From the NCBI GenBank assembly GCA_965112735.1, contig OZ218951.1, positions 4,092,001 to 4,156,000 on the forward strand: a stretch of DNA of 64,000 bases, written 5' to 3'. The stretch is from Phaeosaccion multiseriatum (lineage: Eukaryota; Protista; Ochrophyta, other classes). The notes under the pieces are model-generated. The model saw only the letters and a list, made by a program, of their open reading frames with translations, was not told the origin of the DNA and did no database searches. This document shows positions 59,128 through 64,000 of the stretch, in pieces. Every line of letters starts with the position of its first letter. The stretch's first letter is position 1. A program made the translations under genes and the position numbers.

Positions 59128-62100
59128 TTATCCTTCTCTCACTCCGGATTTCGTTCGTAGGAGCTCCTCTCTAACATCTCTCCAACAGCACTATCAGGAT
59201 ATATATATATATATACATATTTCCTTCCGTCGATATCGCTAGTATTGATCGAGAGGCTCTAGAGAGCGCCCCCCACAAAGCGAAGAAAGACACAAAGCGT
59301 ACGGGGTCAAATGACCCATCGAGGTATCAATCAATGGAACAATCTACTCCCGCTTCTGTACCGCTGTATCACCCCCCCTCCCCACTGTATCACTCACTCA
59401 CTCACTCACTCACTCACTCCCTCACTCCCTCACTCCCTCTAGACCGGCTTCCTCTACCTCCACGAGATAGGAAGGGCACGCCAAGGAAGCTCGCTCTTCC
59501 GTCACAAGGAATGAGTACTGCTTCAGCCCCGTTTGGTCGGTGAAGGGGAAGGCGAGTGTGGTGTAACCGCTGCTGAGGATGTGCCGGAGCAGCTCCTCTC
59601 TACTGGAGACAGACTCGACATCGACATTGCCGATATCGAAGTGGTCCGTTCTGCCCAAAACAGACTCCATGTCGAGGTCCATTTCGTACACCCGGCCCAG
59701 ATCCACGAGGGACAGCAAGACGGTTTGCCTTTGCCTTGCCTTGTGCTCCTGTTTCTGTCCCCCCACGCTGTTGCTGCCCAAGGGGACGCTGCCGAGACAG
59801 GAGCCAAACAAGGCCGCTCTGCAGTGCTTGCCTTGCCCCAGAGACAGCTCCATCAGCAAGCCCCTCTCTCCTCCCTCCTGCTCCCTGCCGTCGACTCCCT
59901 CACGCCCTTCACTCCCTTCGACACCCCCGCCTCCTACCCCTCCCTCCATGGCTGCAAAGCCGTCTCTACAAATCCTTTCCATCGCCTGAGTGGAGCCCAA
60001 AGCGAAGAATAGCATCTGCCGCCTCGGCCCCGCCCCTGCCGCTACCCCACCATCAGGCTGCTGCTGCACTTGCGGGAGCAGTGCCAACCTTCCCAAGTCG
60101 CCCTCCCTGCTTGGTTGGAGTTGGCAAGGCACACACACAAGCACGCACACACACACACGGGGAGAAAGTAAGAGTTAAGTACTAGTAAGAAACACGATGA
60201 GATGTAGATGGAAGAGGAGACACAAAGAGTGAGCCCAAACCGCATCATGTGCGAGTAAAAGAGAAGAGCAGGCGGGGTTGCCAATCCTCCATCAGCCTGC
60301 CGTAACTATTCACCATGTTTTGCCTGTCCACTGCCATCCTCCTCCTGTATGCAACCTTCTGCCCCCCCCCCCCCTTCCCACCCTCCTCAGGGAAGCCCCA
60401 ACCAACCCTTCCTCCCCCCCTTTGAGGTGGAGTGCGATCGCACCTGTATATCTTTTGAGCAGTGACGCATTGGTACGCCGTGAATGCCCGGGCAGCACCA
60501 CCAGCAGCAGCACCAGCAGCAGCAGTAGCAGTCCGAGGAAGCGAGCCGGCCTGCATGCTGATGAAAGCATTGACACATTCCCACTCCTTATCTCCTTCCA
60601 ACAGCTCATTCAGAACCAATGCAGCACCACCACCAGCACCAGCACCAAGGACATCACCCTCCGGCGGTGTCATACTCTGCACCACCAGCCTCGAGCTGAT
60701 GGAATAACGCTCCACCCTCCTCCTCTCCTGCTGCTCCAACCCCCTCCTCCTCCTCTCCTCCTCGTCCTCGTCCTCCTCCTCCCTCTCCTCCAACCCCTCC
60801 AATGCCGCATCCAGCCCACTTTGGTCTTCCACCAACCCGTCTTGCTCCCTTCCAGCGTCGTCGCCATCTTCGTCATACTGAGAGACGTCGTACTGAGTGA
60901 GATCGACGGCGGCCTCAGCAGCGTCAGCGTCCCGGTCGGCATTAGCCTCAGTTTCTGCTTCAGCCGCAGTAAAGGCGAATGTAGCACCTCCTGACGCAGC
61001 ACCGCCCACTCTAACTTCATCCACCACCTCTGCGCTTCCGAAACGCCCCTGAGGGGACAGACTCCCCAGTCCGCCGGCGGTGGGAGATGCCAGGCGGTCT
61101 TCCCTACTCTGAGCCAAGGGCGACAGGCTGCCCAGCGACGAGGGAGGAGGAGGAGGGGTTGAGGAGGAGGAGAATGCCCCGGGGGCAAGCTCAAAGGATG
61201 CGGATATGGAGGAGGAGGAGGGAAGGGAAGAGGAGAGTGGCGACACGTTCAACGCCTCCCAATCCCCCCCCCAGCTAACTTGGTCGTCCGCTTCGCCGGC
61301 GTCGCCATATGCAGTGAGCTTCTCTTCTCGTCCCCGCTTCGCCTTCTTCTTCTCCTTCTTCTGCTTCCCATCCTTTGCATGAATTGAGCTGCTCTCCCCC
61401 ACATGCACAAACCCCTCCTCGCCCTCCTCCTCCTCCTCCTCCTCCTCCTTTACCTCTTCCTCCTGGGTACTCAGGACATCATCCTCATATGGTGTGTCCT
61501 GCCGGCCGCCACGGTGCCTCATGGGGATATCGAGACCCTGCCGCAGGACCTCCTGCTCTTCTTGCTCCAAAGCAGCATGGATCTCCTCCGTGTATCGGAT
61601 CTCCTCCTCAAATTGATCCTCCTTGTATTGCTGCGCCAGAGGAGACCTTCTCGGCCCCCTCTTCTCCTCCTCCTCGTCCTCGTCCTCCTCCTCCTCCTCC
61701 CCCTCCTGCGCATTGTCGCTGGCAACAAGGTATCGCTGGGGGATGAAGAAGTGTCCTTCTGCATCCCCCAGAAGGCTGTCCTCTTCCTCTTCCCCCAGGC
61801 TGCTGTCTGCATCCAAAGCTGATGCATAGTCCCGAAGACTCAAATGATCGCCCTCTCCCTCCCCATATCCTCCTTCGTCTACCTCATCCACATCCTGCCC
61901 ACCCATCCCAACCGAGAGTGCCTCAGCGGCATCGTCCGTGTCCCTGTCAGCGTGTGCGTGCCCGTCTGCGTGGGTCTGTACGTGTGCAGGCCCCGTCCCC
62001 AGCCCCTGCAGCGAGTCCGCGCTAAAGCGCCTGCTTTGCGCCGCTCTCGCTCTCACTCCAGCTGCCGCAGGGGGTGCGTGCTCCTCCTGCTCCTCCTCCG

Positions 62101-62648
62101 CCGCTCCTTCCCGAGCTACCGCTACCGCTACAGCTACTGCTGGTGCTGCTACTGTATCACCAACTGCTGACGCTGACTCAGGAGGAGGAGGAAAGCCCAG
62201 CATGTGCCCGAGACTCGCGATCCTCTTCTCAAGCTCGTCTACCTCTGCACGGTCCTCCGACATGGACGGACTGGCAGGGGCAGACAGGGAGGAGGGCTGC
62301 TTCCGACTGCTGCTAATGCCATTGAGAGTCTCGTGGTCCTCCTCCTCCTCCTCCTCCTCCTCCTCCTCCTCCTCCTCCTCCTCCTCCTCCTCCTCCTCCT
62401 CATACCTGTCTTTGTACACCTCCTTCCCCTCCTCCTCTTCCTCCTCCTCCTGCCGATCCGGCTCGTGAAGATGGATGTAGTTATCTTCCCCATGTGGGGA
62501 CGAATAGAAAAGAAGTCCAGCGTCACCCCCTCCTTGCCGAGGAGGAGACAAGGTGCTACCTGGAGCACTAACTCCTCCAGAAAAAGAGGCCAGAGACAAA
62601 TGACCTTCCTCCGATTCAGAGGAGGCCCCCTCTCGGCCGTCCTTCGCA

Positions 62649-62684
<36 letters not shown>

Positions 62685-64000
62685 ACCGTCACCACCGTGG
62701 GCAACAAGTCACCACTTCCGTCCCCGCCCCCCCCCTTCCCCCCACTCCTCCTTGCTTTTTCCTCCCTCACTTCCTCTTGTTCCAAGCCATCAGTTTGACC
62801 AAGGCTCTCCATCACTCGACTGAGCTCTTCTTTCAAGAGGCCCAAGTGATCGATGGCCTCACCGCCACCACGGCGACCCTCCTCGTCCTGCTCATCATCA
62901 TCATCGTCGTCGTCGTCGTTGTCGCCCTCGCCCTCTCTTCCGCCATAACGCTCCTCACCCTTCGCCTCTTCCCACTCTAAGTCCTCCTCCTCCTCCTCCT
63001 CCTCCTCCTCCTCCTCCTCCGCCTCCGCCTTCCCCCCCTTCGCCTCTTCTTGCGGCCCTGCCCCTACCATCACCTCCCCCTCCTTCTCCTCCTCCTCCCA
63101 ACTCTCGACGTCCTTGGACTCAGCTCTTCTAGTGAATCCAGCCCCACTTCCCCTTCCACCACCAGACAGACTGCCGCCTCCACCTCTCGGTCTCTGCCTC
63201 TCCTCCTCATTATCCTCCGCCTCCTCCTGCTCCTCCTCCTCGTGGCTGCTGCCGTGCGTGTTGTGCACCTTCATATGATGCGAGTCTTTCTCCACAAGCA
63301 GCCAATCCTCCTCGTCAAGCCTCCGCAGACAGCCCTCAAGAGAGCGAATGCCCTTCCTCCCCACGCGCTCCAACTCCTCCACTCGTCCTCGTCCTCCTCT
63401 TGCTCCCCCACGCGAAGGAGAAGGAGAGGCCTTCTCTTTCGCTTCTTCCCTGCCGCTGTCACTATCGCCCCGTCTTCGGCGCCGATGCTGGCGACGCTTG
63501 TATTCGTCGATTCCGGTAGCCCTCGCCCATCGCTCCTCTTTCTCTTCCTCGCTCCACCGCCCCCCCTGCTCCCCGCTGCCCTCCAATCGCAACATCTCCT
63601 CCTCTTCCTCTGACCCTTGCCCATCACCATAGCCTCCATCTCGGTTCTTCCTTCTCTTGCTTCCCTTCGCCTCTCGCCCATACGCAGCAGCAGCAGCACC
63701 ACCACCACCACTCCTCCTCTCCCGGTCTCCGCTCCTCCTCTCAGAACGTGCATGCGAATACTCATATTCCCCCCGCTCGGGCCGCTCGGCTTTTCTTCTA
63801 TCTTCCCTCCTTCCTCCTCTCCTTCCTCTCCCTCCCTCCTCACCTCCTTCACCACCCTGTCTACGCCTCCCTACTCCCACCTCCCCGCGGCGGTCAGAGC
63901 GCTTCTTCTCTCTACTGTTCTTGCCCCTCCCGGCCCGCCGCTCCATCTGTCTCCGCCTTGATAACGAGGATGATGAGGCGCCCCTACTCCTTCCTCGGGA
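59128..64000 (-). CDS. Large acidic low-complexity protein with a C-terminal PARP-catalytic-like (probably inactive) domain; 5' end probably beyond the window
   Basis: 1233-aa E/G/R-rich open frame (60245-63946), then exon 59457-60110 with MLFFALGS....ICRDGF, VLLSLVDLGRVY, SGYTTL, ACPSYLVE. Terminal exon is tentative. Confidence 0.6.

Overview
Intron-rich, GC-rich eukaryotic DNA, most likely a stramenopile/ochrophyte alga (H3 with the [11 protein letters not shown] signature, RWP-RK factor, microsatellite-stuffed GT/GC-AG introns); this taxonomy is inferred, not confirmed. Left end: a Ty1/copia LTR retrotransposon (- strand) with a 276-bp 5' LTR, an atypical PBS and a 133-bp-arm fold-back in its leader. 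Next come multi-exon host genes: ALMT-like transporter, anoctamin, and an EH-domain+LRR protein. 25.7-44 kb is a rearranged, satellite-rich histone locus. It holds a 1.05-kb (GAGT)n run, a PWWP + putative GIY-YIG/T5orf172-like + Cys3His-repeat gene, a tail-less H4 copy in a recent duplication, a decayed piggyBac-like transposase with a MITE, an intact divergent H4/H3 pair, and a frameshifted ankyrin gene fused to FNIP repeats with three consecutive hairpins. Four metazoan-style histone 3' stem-loops (GGTGTT-N4-AACACC-ACCC) occur, each followed by a positionally conserved GAGAT; one has no histone upstream. The right part has ceramide synthase, DUF1826, a degenerate sulfotransferase-like protein, RWP-RK, a VAMP7-like SNARE and a large acidic protein with a pseudo-PARP-like C-terminus. 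Exon models and domain calls were made by eye; no database searches were run.
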